The notes below the pieces were generated by a model. The model did not search any database and had not been told where the DNA came from. It worked only from the letters and a program-made list of their open reading frames with translations. This document shows positions 37,278-51,611 of a stretch of 64,000 nucleotides of DNA, piece by piece. Made by a program: the position numbers and the translations under genes. The first letter of the stretch is position 1. The number at the start of each line of letters is the position of its first letter. Source of the stretch: Octopus bimaculoides (taxonomy: Eukaryota); assembly GCF_001194135.2 (NCBI RefSeq), contig NC_068982.1, positions 49,616,348-49,680,347 of the forward strand, given 5' to 3'.

Positions 37278-37643
37278 TACAAATTTTCAATGAACGAGGA
37301 TTCTTCAGAAGGTTATATGAATATATTAGAACATATAAACAAATAGTAACAATTAGTAACATATCAGTGAGCTCTAATTCATACTGCTTGATTAATATCC
37401 AAACATATAACCATTACACTATGAACTAATGAAAACGGAGCCTCAACTCAGTTGTTTAACTGGCAAGAAATTTCAGCCAAATCTCTCTCAAATCACACAT
37501 GCTTAAGATATAGGTACATTAGATAATGTAGTCTATGTTATAAGAAAAATAGGTCCTGTATATTTAATTTGGCATTAAATACATTTTCTTTCCATGCTAC
37601 TCTGTCCATTTTGCAGATTTGCAGAGCTTCTACAATTTATCAA

Positions 37644-37765
37644 ACCCTTTAGCATTTAAACTGACCATATCTGGCCAAAATATTCTACTTATTTCATGCT
37701 CAAACTGGCCAGATCTGGCCTCTTACACCTACCCTAATCGCATCCTCAAAATCTCAAAACTATGA
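37644..37765. mobile_element. Family F MITE, partial (reverse orientation)
   Basis: CCCTTTAGCATTTAAACTGACCATATCTGGCC..., the reverse complement of the F right end. Confidence 0.7.
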
Positions 37766-37771
37766 TATAAC

Positions 37772-38242
37772 GCATGTGTGGTAAGAAACTTGCTTCCCAA
37801 CCACATGCTTCTGGGTTCAGTCCCACTGCATGGCACCTTGGGCAAGTGTCTTCTGCTATAGTCTTGGGCTGACCAGAGCCTTGTGAGTAAATTTGGTGGA
37901 TGGAAACTGTGAGAAGCCCATCATATAATGTATATATCTGTGTGTGTGTGTGTGTGTGTGTGTTAAATGATAATGATGATTATGATATATCAGTGTCTTA
38001 GCTTTGACATCATGTGATGGTCTAAAGTGAGCATCTAGTCATGCAAGTGATTTTTTTTTCCTGTCTTCTATGAAAATCATGTCTAGCCATGTGGAAATAT
38101 TATCTTGCAAGGAAACAAGTAGAGTCTGGTGACAAGTAGAACATCCAGCCATAGGAAATCTGCCTCAACAATTTCAGTCGGAGCCATACAAGTATGGGAA
38201 AGTGGACACTGAAACAATGACAATGAGGAGGATGAGGATGAT
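37772..38242 (+). mobile_element. Composite SINE: A-type 5' half + microsatellite + 'G' tail
   Basis: A head and core to AGAAGCCCATC, then (TG)n, then GGAAATATTATCTTG..GGAAACAAG..GGTGACAAG..CATCCAGCCATAGGAAATCTGCCTCAAC and GAT tail. Confidence 0.75.
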
Positions 38243-38254
38243 ACATGCATATAT

Positions 38255-38632
38255 ATCGTTTATCATTTACTTGATTCCATTCACTAGACTGTTGCCATAC
38301 TGAAGCACAGCTTAGAAGGGGCTTAGTTGAACTGATTGACCCCAGTACTTATTTTTCAAGTCTGATATTTCTACTGGTCACTTTTGCAAAATCACTAAAT
38401 AATGGGGATGTAAACAAACCAACATGGGTTGACAAAGGGTGGTGGGGGACAAATACAACACAAAGATATATACATACATACATACATATAATGAGTTTCC
38501 TTCAGTTTCCATCTATCAGATTTATTCACAAGGCTTTGGTTGAGGCTATTATTGAAGGCCCAAAGTGCCATGTGTAGTGAGACTAACCACAGATCCATGT
38601 GGTTGAGAAGCAAACTCACTACCACAGCCACA
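38255..38632 (-). mobile_element. Family A SINE, degenerate full length
   Basis: Reverse-complement A blocks from tail to head. Confidence 0.8.
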
Positions 38633-39889
38633 TAAACACACATAAGTGTGTGTTTATATCTATCTATCCACATATCACAAATATCACATATAATTAAATC
38701 CCTTTTAAATTGTAATGTTTTAAACCTTATATATGGCAGAATTCTCTTTGTTTTAAATGTTAGTCAGCATGTATCAATACATAGATGTAAGCAGCAAATA
38801 TTCTGAACAAAATAAAAAGAAATTCCCAGACAATGCGTTACGCACATATAACTGAAAGCCTAATCATTTATATGAAAGACATTCAAGGACATTCACAATG
38901 TACATTCTACAGGAGGTGAAGAAGAAAAAAAAACAGAAAAAGAGGAAAATAAATCAATATTCGAAAACAAAAGATAAAATGAAAGAAGGTATCAAAAAGA
39001 GTAATATTACAAGAGTAAGTCAGAAAAACATTAGGAAATGTATGAATCCATAGGATAATATTTATTGCAGTTGTGAACAAAAATATCTGAAGTTATCAGG
39101 AAATTGTGCAGCTCACACCTTAACCACTGCAAGACAAAAATTTAATTTCAAATCCAATTTGTTCTCTTTCCTTCCCCGCTGATGTAATCATACAGACAGG
39201 AAGCTGTGTATTTGAAATTCCATTTCAATCATCCACCGTAATAAGAACAATTATTATTAAATAGGTTTAAAACTTTATAATATAGGATACAGGAACAGCT
39301 ATCGCCATTGATTACACAATAGAAACAAACAGAATTATCGGGAAGCTTTTATTACAGTAAGAAACAAAAGAAAGAACAAACTGGCTGTTTCTCTCAAAAG
39401 TTGCTTTACAATAAATGTCTGTTTGATCCTTTTCAGTTGTCAGCTGATGAGAAAATTCTTTCATTCACAAATGGTTGCATGCAACAAATCTTTTAGAATG
39501 ATTGAATTAAAATAAATTTAGCCGTGACTAGATAGTTTGGTAAAAGAAATGCTTATTACATAAAATATTTAATTCTAAATCTAAAATATAAAACACAACG
39601 GTGATTTAACGTTTCAATAGGGAATAATCTAGGCAGGCTTGACTGCACTTTTATAAATGAATACCGATGCAAACAATTATCTGTTTCTTAGATACTGATC
39701 ATTTATCATTTTAGAATACAGCTCATCGTTCTAATCTAGGCTTATTTAATACGAAATTTTTTAGTAATTCCATTAGGCTTTAAATAAAGATATTTTTTAC
39801 TGAACAGAAATTAACAATTACATTTTTGTTTCTTTCTTGGGTGAGAAAACTCAGTAATCTTAACTATTTTCAACAATTTAATTATAAAA

Positions 39890-39932
<43 letters not shown>

Positions 39933-40797
39933 NNNNNNNNNNNNNNNNNNNNNNNNNNNNNNNNNNNNNNNNNNNNNNNNNNNNNNNNNNNNNNNNNNNN
40001 NNNNNNNNNNNNNNNNNNNNNNNNNNNNNNNNNNNNNNNNNNNNNNNNNNNNNNNNNNNNNNNNNNNNNNNNNNNNNNNNNNNNNNNNNNNNNNNNNNNN
40101 NNNNNNNNNNNNNNNNNNNNNNNNNNNNNNNNNNNNNNNNNNNNNNNNNNNNNNNNNNNNNNNNNNNNNNNNNNNNNNNNNNNNNNNNNNNNNNNNNNNN
40201 NNNNNNNNNNNNNNNNNNNNNNNNNNNNNNNNNNNNNNNNNNNNNNNNNNNNNNNNNNNNNNNNNNNNNNNNNNNNNNNNNNNNNNNNNNNNNNNNNNNN
40301 NNNNNNNNNNNNNNNNNNNNNNNNNNNNNNNNNNNNNNNNNNNNNNNNNNNNNNNNNNNNNNNNNNNNNNNNNNNNNNNNNNNNNNNNNNNNNNNNNNNN
40401 NNNNNNNNNNNNNNNNNNNNNNNNNNNNNNNNNNNNNNNNNNNNNNNNNNNNNNNNNNNNNNNNNNNNNNNNNNNNNNNNNNNNNNNNNNNNNNNNNNNN
40501 NNNNNNNNNNNNNNNNNNNNNNNNNNNNNNNNNNNNNNNNNNNNNNNNNNNNNNNNNNNNNNNNNNNNNNNNNNNNNNNNNNNNNNNNNNNNNNNNNNNN
40601 NNNNNNNNNNNNNNNNNNNNNNNNNNNNNNNNNNNNNNNNNNNNNNAGACTCATTTTTCATTTGTCTTGCCCTTTTACAGTCTGTTGTGTTGCTAAGTTT
40701 TTACTGAGAACATATTTTTTCGTGGTTAGATGATTCGGGATCTATTTCTAGCATATAGGAGTCTACTTTTGCTGGTCATTCCTCTTATTTTTGTATG

Positions 40798-40838
<41 letters not shown>

Positions 40839-41295
40839 AATGTATGTATATTAGTTTAGTGCAGGCAATCATACTTAGGGTAGTGAGCTAAAATTAAATT
40901 TTCGTCATGAGCAGAAATATTTTTAGCGTTAACTAATATTAATCTCAGCATCATAAGTGTGGTAACTGGCACTTAGCTGTATGTTCCCCACTTCTGTACC
41001 CCTCACTTGGCTACCACTCTTGCCATTCATCCACCTCTATAAGCATCCATCACTCTCTCACTGCTTCTACAACTCGCTCATTCCTTTCACTGTTTCTATC
41101 ATCACACTCCTGTGCCTTCTCCCTCTGATTCTGGTTCTTCTGTATTGCTGACCCTTCTATTCACCTCCTCAACCACACTGTCATGAATAAATAAACAAAT
41201 ACTTTATAAAGGGGTGAGAGTACTTTAAAATTTGGTGCATGAGGCAACACCCACTATTTTGAGCACCACTATAAATTTACTCAAAGGGGAACGTT

Positions 41296-41511
41296 TTAAC
41301 CCTTTAGCTTTCAGATTAATTTGTCAATGTAATGCTTATTTATTTCCGTTTTCAATTTATCCTGCATTATCTTGAGATTTCAACAATATGATTGTTTATT
41401 TTCAGAATAACATTGTAGGGTAAGTGTTAGAAGTCAGATCTGGCTGGTTTGAGCATAGAACAGGTAGACCATTAGGGCTAGATATAGCTGGTTTGAATGC
41501 TAAAGGATTGA
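41296..41511. mobile_element. TTAA-flanked MITE, family F
   Basis: TTAA|CCCTTTAGCTTT ... AATGCTAAAGGA|TTGA. Confidence 0.75.
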
Positions 41512-41619
41512 TGTGGTTGGCAAGTGAGCAAAGATGTGGGGTCTTGAGGATCTTGTAACTCTGTCAAATACATGGCACCCTCCATTTTATAGATTGTACT
41601 GGGAACCTTCTGTCATATG

Positions 41620-41950
41620 TGTATGTTTCCACCCTAATGCTTGGCAACCGGTACTGGTTTGTTTATATCCCGATAACTTAGTGGTATGGCAGTAGAGACC
41701 AAGAGAAGAAGTACCAGACTTAAAAGGTAAGTACTAGTGTTGATGCGTTCACAGAAAACCCTTCAAAGGGGTGCCTCAGTATGGATGTAGCCCAGTTTTT
41801 GAAGTCTGGTACTTATTCTCCTTATCTCTATTGCCAAACCACTAAGTTTCAGAGATATAAACAAACCAGCACTGGTTGTCAAACGGTGAAGAGTGACAAA
41901 CACAGGCACAAAGACACACGCATGCACACAAACACACACACACACACACA
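41620..41950. mobile_element. Two family A 3' halves in tail-to-tail inverted orientation
   Basis: Plus-strand half 41620-41790 abuts minus-strand half 41790-41950. Confidence 0.7.
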
Positions 41951-42228
41951 CACACTGTATAAACAGACTTAGAAGTATTGATTGGGTTTGTATTTTCCAG
42001 AAAATAAAGTAAATTTCGTTTATGAATTTGTGTTGCAGAACACAGGATAGCCATGAAAACGAGGACGGGCTGAACCCTGTCTCTCACAGCTGGTATCTGA
42101 GAGGTACAGAGTCCAGTTGTCTGTAGCTGCTTGCTGGTAATTTTTTTCCAACTACTAGGAGTATTTACCCAATGTTCTAGACTGTTTTCATACCTATCTT
42201 GTGTTTGAATTTTCTTTTCTTTTCTGTA

Positions 42229-42268
<40 letters not shown>

Positions 42269-42436
42269 ATATATATACATATATATATATGTAAATATAT
42301 AAATATATATACATATATATACATACATATATACATATATATACATACATATATATATACATACATACATATATATATACATACATACATATATATATAC
42401 ATACATATATACATATATATACACATACATATATAC

Positions 42437-43145
<709 letters not shown>

Positions 43146-43833
43146 TAATACACACACATTTAATGGGTTCCCCACACAGTTTACTTCAACAAAAATTCAC
43201 ACACATGGTAGTGAAGCTATAGTACAAGATACTTGCTGAAAGGTACCACACACTGGGATTGAATTCACAATCCCATGCTTGTACAATGAACTTCTTAGCC
43301 ACACAGGCATGCCTTTCTCTTAACAGATCCTAATTCCAAACCTATCTTTCTGGTGGGTGTCATTATAGCTACTACAAATATGGGGCAGCTATGCAGAATA
43401 AATTAATCATCATTGTTGTTACTTCCTTGACGTTTTTTTTTTTTAATTCAAATCCCATTTTATTCAAATTTGGGTTCACACTTGTTTACCTTAAAAGCCA
43501 CTGACTTCATTACCATCTATTATCAACAGTTGCAGTTTATGTGGGTCTGTCTGTATGCATGTTAACTTCTGCCTAGTAGAGTTTAAAACTAAATATGCAC
43601 ATGTGCACGCACGCACGCACACACACAGAGGCTGATTCAGAGGCTTAAAAAGCCCTTTAGCATTTAAATGATATAAAAAAATACTAAAATACTAAATGAA
43701 CTTCTGAATAACCTGTATCTCTCTCTCTCTCCCTGACTTTGTATACATGTATATCTATGGCTAAATGTATGTACATATATATATAACAACAGTGTGGAAA
43801 ATAGACATAGGATAGTGATTATGTCTATATGAA

Positions 43834-43865
<32 letters not shown>

Positions 43866-43870
43866 GATTG

Positions 43871-43919
<49 letters not shown>

Positions 43920-43986
43920 ACTGTCCATCTGTCTGTCTATCGATCTAGCTATGTTTGTCTGTCTGGCTGTCTATCTATCTATCTAT
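43834..43986. repeat. (TATC)n / (TCTG)n microsatellite
   Basis: Direct reading. Confidence 0.95.
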
Positions 43987-43987
43987 C

Positions 43988-44515
43988 TCATCATCATCAT
44001 CCTCATTTAACATCTGTTGTCCATGCTAGCATAGTTTGGATGGTTTGACCAGGGCTAGTAAGCTGAGGTGCTGTACCAGACTCTAGTCTGGTTTGGCATG
44101 GTTTCTACGGTTGGATTCCCTTCCTGATGCCAACTACTCTGAGAGTGTAATAGGTGTATTTACGTGTTACTGGCATGGGTGCCAGTTGTGTGACACTGGT
44201 ATCTGACATGACTATGATTTCACTTGGTTTGATAGGTCTTCTACTCATGCATGGCATATTGCCAAAGGTCTTGGTGATTTGTCATTGCCTTCGTAAGGTT
44301 CAATACTCAAAAGATGCTTTATATGCCACTGGCACAGGTGCTAATTATGTGACGCCAGCATCGGTCACATTGCTTCTGTGAGACCCAATCCTCGAAAGGT
44401 GCTCTTTACATGCCACTAACATGGGTGCTAGTTACATGACATTGGCATCAGCCACATTACCTCTGTGAGACTCAATGCTAAATAGATGCTTTTTACATGA
44501 CACCAGCATTGGCCA
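43988..44515 (-). mobile_element. Family B long variant with 85-87-bp internal tandem units
   Basis: B 3' end plus repeated units starting at 44314, 44399 and 44486. Confidence 0.85.
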
Positions 44516-44566
<51 letters not shown>

Positions 44567-44744
44567 NNNNNNNNNNNNNNNNNNNNNNNNNNNNNNNNNN
44601 NNNNNNNNNNNNNNNNNNNNNNNNNNNNNNNNNNNNNNNNNNNNNNNNNNNNNNNNNNNNNNNNNNNNNNNNNNNNNNNNNNNNNNNNNNNNNNNNNNNN
44701 NNNNNNNNNNNNNNNNNNNNNNNNNNNNNNNNNNNNNNNNNNNN

Positions 44745-44894
44745 TACTGAGAATTCAGAAATAGCAGTCAAAGAACTACTGATTCCAAAATACAAATTTT
44801 TTCTCTAACGGATGGCGATATGGCCATCCATTAGAGAAAAAATTTGTATTTTGGAATCAGTAGTTCTTTGACTGCTATTTCTGAATTCTCAGTA
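44745..44894. repeat. Fold-back palindrome with 72-bp arms and 6-nt loop, abutting a gap
   Basis: 44745-44816 versus 44823-44894 match 71/72; the one difference is at a CpG. Confidence 0.95.
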
Positions 44895-45056
44895 TGTTGG
44901 AGAAGCAGGCTTCTGCTGATCCCTGTATATTTATGATTATAAATGGTTTTACCGATAAAGGTTTTTTTCATACTGAGCTACTCGGCAAAATTGTTAATTA
45001 TTAATTTTATTACTAACTGACGATTCCCTGCCCTATATATCTATATATATATATGA

Positions 45057-45610
45057 GAAGACCTGTTGATTCAAGTGAAATCGAATTGTGGCCAATGACC
45101 CAGCAAGTAAAGTGAGATCACAGTCGTGGCTGATACCAGTGTCGCATAACGAGCCTATTTAAAAATATCCTTGAATCATCGGGCAATATGCTGCACTTTG
45201 TAAAAAACTATTGAGTCAAATAAAATCAAAATCAAAGTCAAAATGGAAATCGTAGTCATGGTCGATGTCAGTGGCGCCTCGCTGGCATCCATGCTGATGG
45301 CACATAATAATCACCATTCAAGCATGAGTCAATGCCAGTGCCACCTGACTGGCTCCCCATGCCGGCGGCACATAAAAAGCTCCATCCAAAAGTGGTCAAT
45401 GCTAGTGCCCACTGACTGGCTCCTGTGCTGGTGGCACATAAAAGATACTATCTGAACATTGTCAATGGCAGTGCCACCTGAATGGCTCCCATGCTGGTGG
45501 CAAGTAAAAAGCACTCACTACACTCTCAGAGTGGTTGGCATTAGGTAGGGCATCTAGATGTAGAAACCTTACCAGATCAGATTGGAGCTTGGTGCAACCT
45601 CCTGGGTTGC
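45057..45610 (+). mobile_element. Family B long variant with 66-67-bp internal tandem units
   Basis: Units GTCAATG.CAGTGCC..CTGA.TGGCTCC..TG..GG.GGCAC.TAAAA start at 45328, 45395 and 45461. Confidence 0.85.
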
Positions 45611-46634
45611 TAGTCAAATTGCTGGGTAACCCGAAGTAACAGTAGAAAATATTCGCTCAAAATGCTAGAATGCAGTACATTTGAATCAAATATGGGAAGG
45701 GAGGCTTGAGAAGCAAACTTGTTAATCATCCAACTATTCCTACTAAGAAGTGTTATTTGTTAGATTATATTTAGAATTTGAGTTTTATTCCATAAAGTTT
45801 ATTGTAGGTTTTGGGGAAATATTTCACAGATGAAAGCTATACTTCAGAAAAGAGATTTTCACTCAAGTTGTAGGCATGTATGTTTTGTGAAGTATGTCAT
45901 TGTGGCTCTTTATTGTATCTGCTTCAACAATGAGCAACAATGCATGGCACGTATACATTATTTGTGGAAAGGTATTCGTTCTGTTAGTGAGTCGGTAGAA
46001 GAGTGGTAGTGCTCTTAACTTTAGCAAACCCTCACAAAATTTCAAATCCATTGGCATTGATGTTCAATTGGAACATCTGAATGTAACAGTTATATTTATG
46101 AAATTTACAGCTGTCATGTTTGGGGCTGAATATCTGTATTATGTTGGCTTCTTGAAATTTCTTACAATGCTTGCATGTAGTTGATAAGGACATTTTTCAA
46201 TGTTGTATCCTTGTAATTTATCATATGATTACAAACTGAGCTTCTAAACCAGTTGATCACAGTGTGGATGAATAGCTAAGAAGTTTAACTAGTTTCTGGT
46301 TTGATCACAATTTCTGGGATCTTGGAGGATTGTCGTTTTCCTAGGGATCAGGTCAACCTATACTTCATGAATGAAACGAATGAAAACTGTATAGAGGTTC
46401 ACATTGACTAGACTGAAATGGAATTGCAAAAAAGAAAAATAAATAAATAAAAGCAGGCACTACCTTGTTGCATAGTTTGTCATGGTGATTCTGCCTGCAG
46501 AAACAATGTTAAAGGGTTCATATTTCTTTGGAATGCTCAGTCAATTACGTGTTAATTTGGGAGAAGGTAAATCAGCTAATTGAATACCTGAATCCTCACC
46601 AGTGAACAACAGAGACCCACCACTAATATAATGA

Positions 46635-46846
46635 TTTCATAATTTGGCACAAGACCAGTTATTTCAAGGGTGGGAGTTAAATCAATTACATCAGCCCTTG
46701 TGGTCAACCGGTACTTATTCTATTGACACTGAAAGGATGGAATGCAAAGTCAACCTTGGAGGAATTTGAACTCAGAACATAAAGACAGACGAAATACCAC
46801 CAAGCATTTCACCTGACATGCTAATGATTCTGCCAGCTCACCACTT
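46635..46846 (-). mobile_element. Family C SINE, full length
   Basis: Reverse complement of AAAGTGGTGAGCTGGCAGAATCATTAGCATG...GTGCCAAATTATGAAATC. Confidence 0.88.
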
Positions 46847-47019
46847 TATCCACCACTTATCTATTAAACAATAACAGTTTCTGATTGAGTTTAAAGTAGG
46901 TTAATTAGGTTTTTGACAACATATTTAATTACTCTACAGCCTGGACATCTTAAGTTCATATGAAATATTCTGCACAAGGAGTGAGGTTTGTTTCTGTTCA
47001 ACCTGATACCTTTATCTTT

Positions 47020-47392
47020 AGTCAGTGACTTGCTTCAGTCATTGGACTGTGGCCATACAGGGGCACCACCTCGATGGGCTTAGTAAAAAAAAATGAAACC
47101 TAGTATTTATTTTTAAAGCTTGGCACTTACTCTATAAGATTTTCTTTCCTGAACAGCTAAGATGCAGGGATGTAAATGGACTAAAACTGGTTGGTGAATG
47201 GTGTTGGAGAACAAACATAAACACATATATGAGAAGCTTCTTTCAGTTTCTGTTTACCAAATTCACTGACAAGGTTTTGGTCAGCCTGAGGGTATAGTAG
47301 AAGACACTTGTCCATGGTGCCAAGCAGTGGCACTGAACCCAAGACTTCATGATTGGGAGGCAAGCTTTTAAACTACACAATCATGCAGGCAC
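47020..47392 (-). mobile_element. Family A SINE, full length
   Basis: Reverse-complement A blocks. Confidence 0.85.
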
Positions 47393-48358
47393 CTCTACTG
47401 TGTATGTTTATTTCATTTATTCTGTTAAACCTGTTTCTATTTTCTTACATAATTCTGTCAGCGAAAATGACATAAACATCTGTTATTAAACATGTTTATT
47501 GTATTAATTTCTTTGTGTTATGCTACATTTTGTCATTATCACCATATTACACTTCTTTTTCCATGCTGGCACCCCTAGATGGGTCTGGACCAAATATCAT
47601 TCGAACATTACATTTTTAGCATGCTTTCTGTGACTGGAGGTCCGTAGTCTTGCCAAGCATTTTGTAGAGGGAGATTCAATGGTTATTTTGAGTAGTTCAT
47701 GCCAACACGCACATGCTCATTTATTAGCTCATTAAAATAGATGCTGTTTTTGATGGTACTAACTTAAAAACTTTCCAAATATCTGTTTTTATGGCTTCTA
47801 TTTTTTTCATCAATGAATACAACAAATACAAAAATATTTCTACACCAGCAAAAGAGTATATGAGTGTGTGAGTGTGTGTGTATGCGTGTGTGTGTGGGTG
47901 AATGGATGGATGGGTAGATAGATAAATATACACTTATGGAGTTTTAAGGATAAATATGTATAGGCATACACATATGGTAGAGCTATGTATGGAAACAAAA
48001 TACACAAAGTAGATATATGTGTACGTTCTTTAAATGCATATCTATGTACAATAATCAATCTGATGTGTTCTATAATAATAATAATAATAATACTGATAAT
48101 AATAATAATATGATGATGAAGAAGATGATGATGAGGTGGTATTATAAAATAGTTAACTAGCAAAGATCTCTTGCTGCAGACAATAAAGCAACTGAACAGA
48201 ATATTGCTAAAAATATTATTTAATAACAAGTAAATTACTCTATGATAATAAGAAAGCCTAGGGGCAATAACAAGTCTTCTCATTAGAATTGAGAAACCTG
48301 TAATAATAAACACAAAGAGACAGAGAGGATATCAGAGAGTAAGGTTGCAGAAGGTCAG

Positions 48359-48400
<42 letters not shown>

Positions 48401-49244
48401 AAGAGTATGTGTGTGTGAGATAAACAGAGCATATATATGTGTGCATGTTCACATTTTATATATATNNNNNNNNNNNNNNNNNNNNNNNNNNNNNNNNNNN
48501 NNATATATATATATTATATTATATTATATTATATTATATTACATTATATTATATCATGTTATATAACATCATTTTGCATGCATCCACTACATACATAGGT
48601 ATGTATTATGAATGTATGTGTATATGCACATAATTACACGCATATATATATATACACACATCAAAACAATATACATTTTTCTCCATAATGAAGTCAAAAG
48701 GATTTAGTTAGATGGTTTATTTGTACACAGACAAGAGAAAGTAATTATGGACCCATGATGCTATCTGCTCCTAAATATAATCTCATTCAATGGATTATTA
48801 TTAAGTCACAAAAACGCCAAAGTTTTTGTTTTTTTTTCTTTAATAAAAGAGATGAAGACATTTCAGAAAGATGTTTGCTGATGTTGTTGATCTCAAGGAA
48901 TGATAGAAGCAAACGGAGAGAAAGAACGAACAAATTCTACGTTAAACTTAGGTAATTATGATAAAACTTACAACATGAGATGACATACAGGTGAGACAAT
49001 TTGGTGATGTAATTAACCATATAAACAAAATGATTAATGCAATAATTACTAAGAGAATACAAAATAAGTTGAAATGCTGAGACAAACAGCAAATTATAAA
49101 TAGGCAAGAAGACTCGATTATTTAATTTATAAGCCTTCTCCAAATGTTTTGAGTCAATGTTAGAAATTAAATTTCTATTTAGTGTATCAAATGAATGAGG
49201 TAATTCATTTTTAATTGACATTTTTATTGCTTTATTTTTAATAT

Positions 49245-50005
49245 TTTTATCTTTTACTTGTTTCAGTCACTGGATTGTGGCCTTGCTGGAGCACTACCTT
49301 GAAGAGTTTAGTCAGACAAATTGACCTCCAGTACTTATTTTTCTTTTAAACTTGGCACTAATTTTGCTGGCTTCTTCTTGTTGAACCACTAAATCATTGA
49401 GATATAAATAAGAAGGCATATGGCTGTGTGGTAAGAAGCTTGCTTCCCAATCACTTGGCTCCGGGTTCAGTCCCACTGCATGGTACCTTGGGCAAGTGTC
49501 TTCCACTATAAGCTGAGGCTGACCAAAGCCTTGTGCATGGATTTGGTAGACAAAAACTGAAAGAAGCCCATCGTGTATTAATATACATATATATATATAT
49601 TTATATATATATATATATAATGCAAAGAATATATATACATGAATACACGCATATATGTACATACTTACATCTACATGTGTATATACATGCATATCAGGGT
49701 ACAGGACGTTAGAAACCTTCAACATGATGCTCCAGCATGGCTGTAGCCAAATGACTGAAACAAGTTAAAGAGTAAAAACCAACAGTCATTGTGAAATGGT
49801 GGCAAGAGACAAACACAAAGGCACACACACACACACACACAATGAGTTTCTTTCAGGTTCCATCTACAAAACCCACCTACAGAGTTTTGATTGGCCTGAG
49901 GCTCTATTAGAAGACATTTGCCTAAGATGTCACACAGAAGGAACGAACCCATAGCCATGCAGTTGAGAAGTAAACTTTTCAACACACAGCCACACCTGCA
50001 CATAT
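49245..50005. mobile_element. Family A mosaic: (-) 3' half 49245-49410, (+) 5' half 49415-49580, (+) 3' end 49720-49775, (-) 5' half 49780-50005
   Basis: Family A blocks in alternating orientation. Confidence 0.75.
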
Positions 50006-50306
50006 ACACATACTCAATACATATTGTCCTTACCTATGCAATTATTTCTCTAGTATTCATTCACTAATTAATGATCTAAAAATCAAGATGGATTTTCCTT
50101 TTAGAGATTTAAAAAATTTTTTCTTTTCCCAGTAATATTGATCCAGTTTTAAACTCTCAAGCTTGGATACACCAGTAATTTTTCTGCTGTTGTTTAGTCT
50201 ACAGCTTTGCACTAAATGAGCAGACATATGCTAAAAGATGGGTTAGTTGCTATTAGAAATTCACACAGATCTCTGAGATAAAGAATTATCACAATCATAC
50301 ATTATA

Positions 50307-50760
50307 GGCACGGGTGTGATTGTATGGTTAAGAAGCTTGCCTTCCAACCATGTGATTTTGGGTCTAGTGAAACTGTGCTACCCAGAGCAAGCCCAATTGT
50401 CTGGTACCCAGAGCAAGTCCAATTGTGTGGTACCCTGGACAGCTGTGTGGTATCCAAAGCCATGTTAGTGGATTTGGTTTATGGAAACAGAAAGAAGCCC
50501 TTCATATGTGTGTATGTGTTACTGTCTCTTTGCCTTGGCTTTGCATGACAGCTGTAAGCAAGAGCTGCTATCATACAAGTAATGCCTTTCTTTGAATACT
50601 TCTGTGTAAACATGTCAGGTCATGAGGAAATATTACTTTCCATGGAAACAGGTAAGTGCTGGTGACAGAAAGGACATCAAACTGTAGAAAATCTGCCTCA
50701 ACAAACTCTGTCCAGCTCATGTGAGCATGGAAATGCGAACCTTAAAATGATGATGATAGT
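50307..50760 (+). mobile_element. Composite SINE: A-type 5' half + 'G' tail, with local 26-bp tandem duplication
   Basis: Same layout as 37772-38242; TACCCAGAGCAAG(C/T)CCAATTGT(C/G)TGG twice at 50379-50430. Confidence 0.75.
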
Positions 50761-51387
50761 GGTCAGAATTCACATGTGACACATATATTTTTGACTGTTG
50801 TCCTCAAAATGAAGACACTAGTCAGAATACATCAGTATACTAGGGCCTCCATTAGTCATGTCTGACCTTGCATTTACACATATATGCACAAATATGGGCA
50901 AGATTACTTGAAGGAAGCCTGGCAGTTGCTCATGCATGCACACTTCTTCATCTTTATGCTACTAGTCCTTATCTAAGGGAAATTCTACACACTTAGGCAG
51001 ATACAATTTGTCACTAGTGTCAGAATGCCAAAAGCTAGAGCAGGTGCCACAAGACATCTTGTTTTGATTCTCTAATAGTTCCAATCAATCCACTAAACTG
51101 TATTGTTACATTTTTATTCACTCTAAAAGAATAATAAAAGAAGTAGATCTTGGTGGAATTGAACTCTGAGCACAGAAAGTTGGAACAAATATTGGGAAGA
51201 ATTCTATCCAATGCTGCAGTGTCTCTGCCATTCTGCCATCTTCTATTTCAGTGTATAACTGAAACTACATTTTTCAGGAAGATCAGTCATATGAATTTGA
51301 ACCATCAGTGTTTTGGATTGTGCATTCCTTTCTACCATAGAAATGGAAGTCAAAAATTATTCAAACAAATGAGGAAACCCAAAAATA

Positions 51388-51556
51388 GGCACAGGCATAG
51401 CTGTGTGGTAAGAATCTTGCTTCACAACCACATGGTTCTGTGTTTGGTCTCACTACAAGACACCTTGAGCATGTGTCTTCCACTATAGCCTTGGGCCAAC
51501 CAAAGCATTGCGAGTGGATATGGCAGATAGAAACTGAAAGAAGCCTGTCATATATG

Positions 51557-51611
<55 letters not shown>

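Noticed and set aside
45328-45525. Tandem units as a CRISPR-like array (also 22154-22248 and 44314-44515)
   Set aside because: Units are contiguous diverged repeats without unique spacers; eukaryotic context and no cas genes.
50830-51050. Possible RTE-type 5' UTR fragments (also 56960-57460)
   Set aside because: Impression from composition only; no second copy or ORF in the window to support it.
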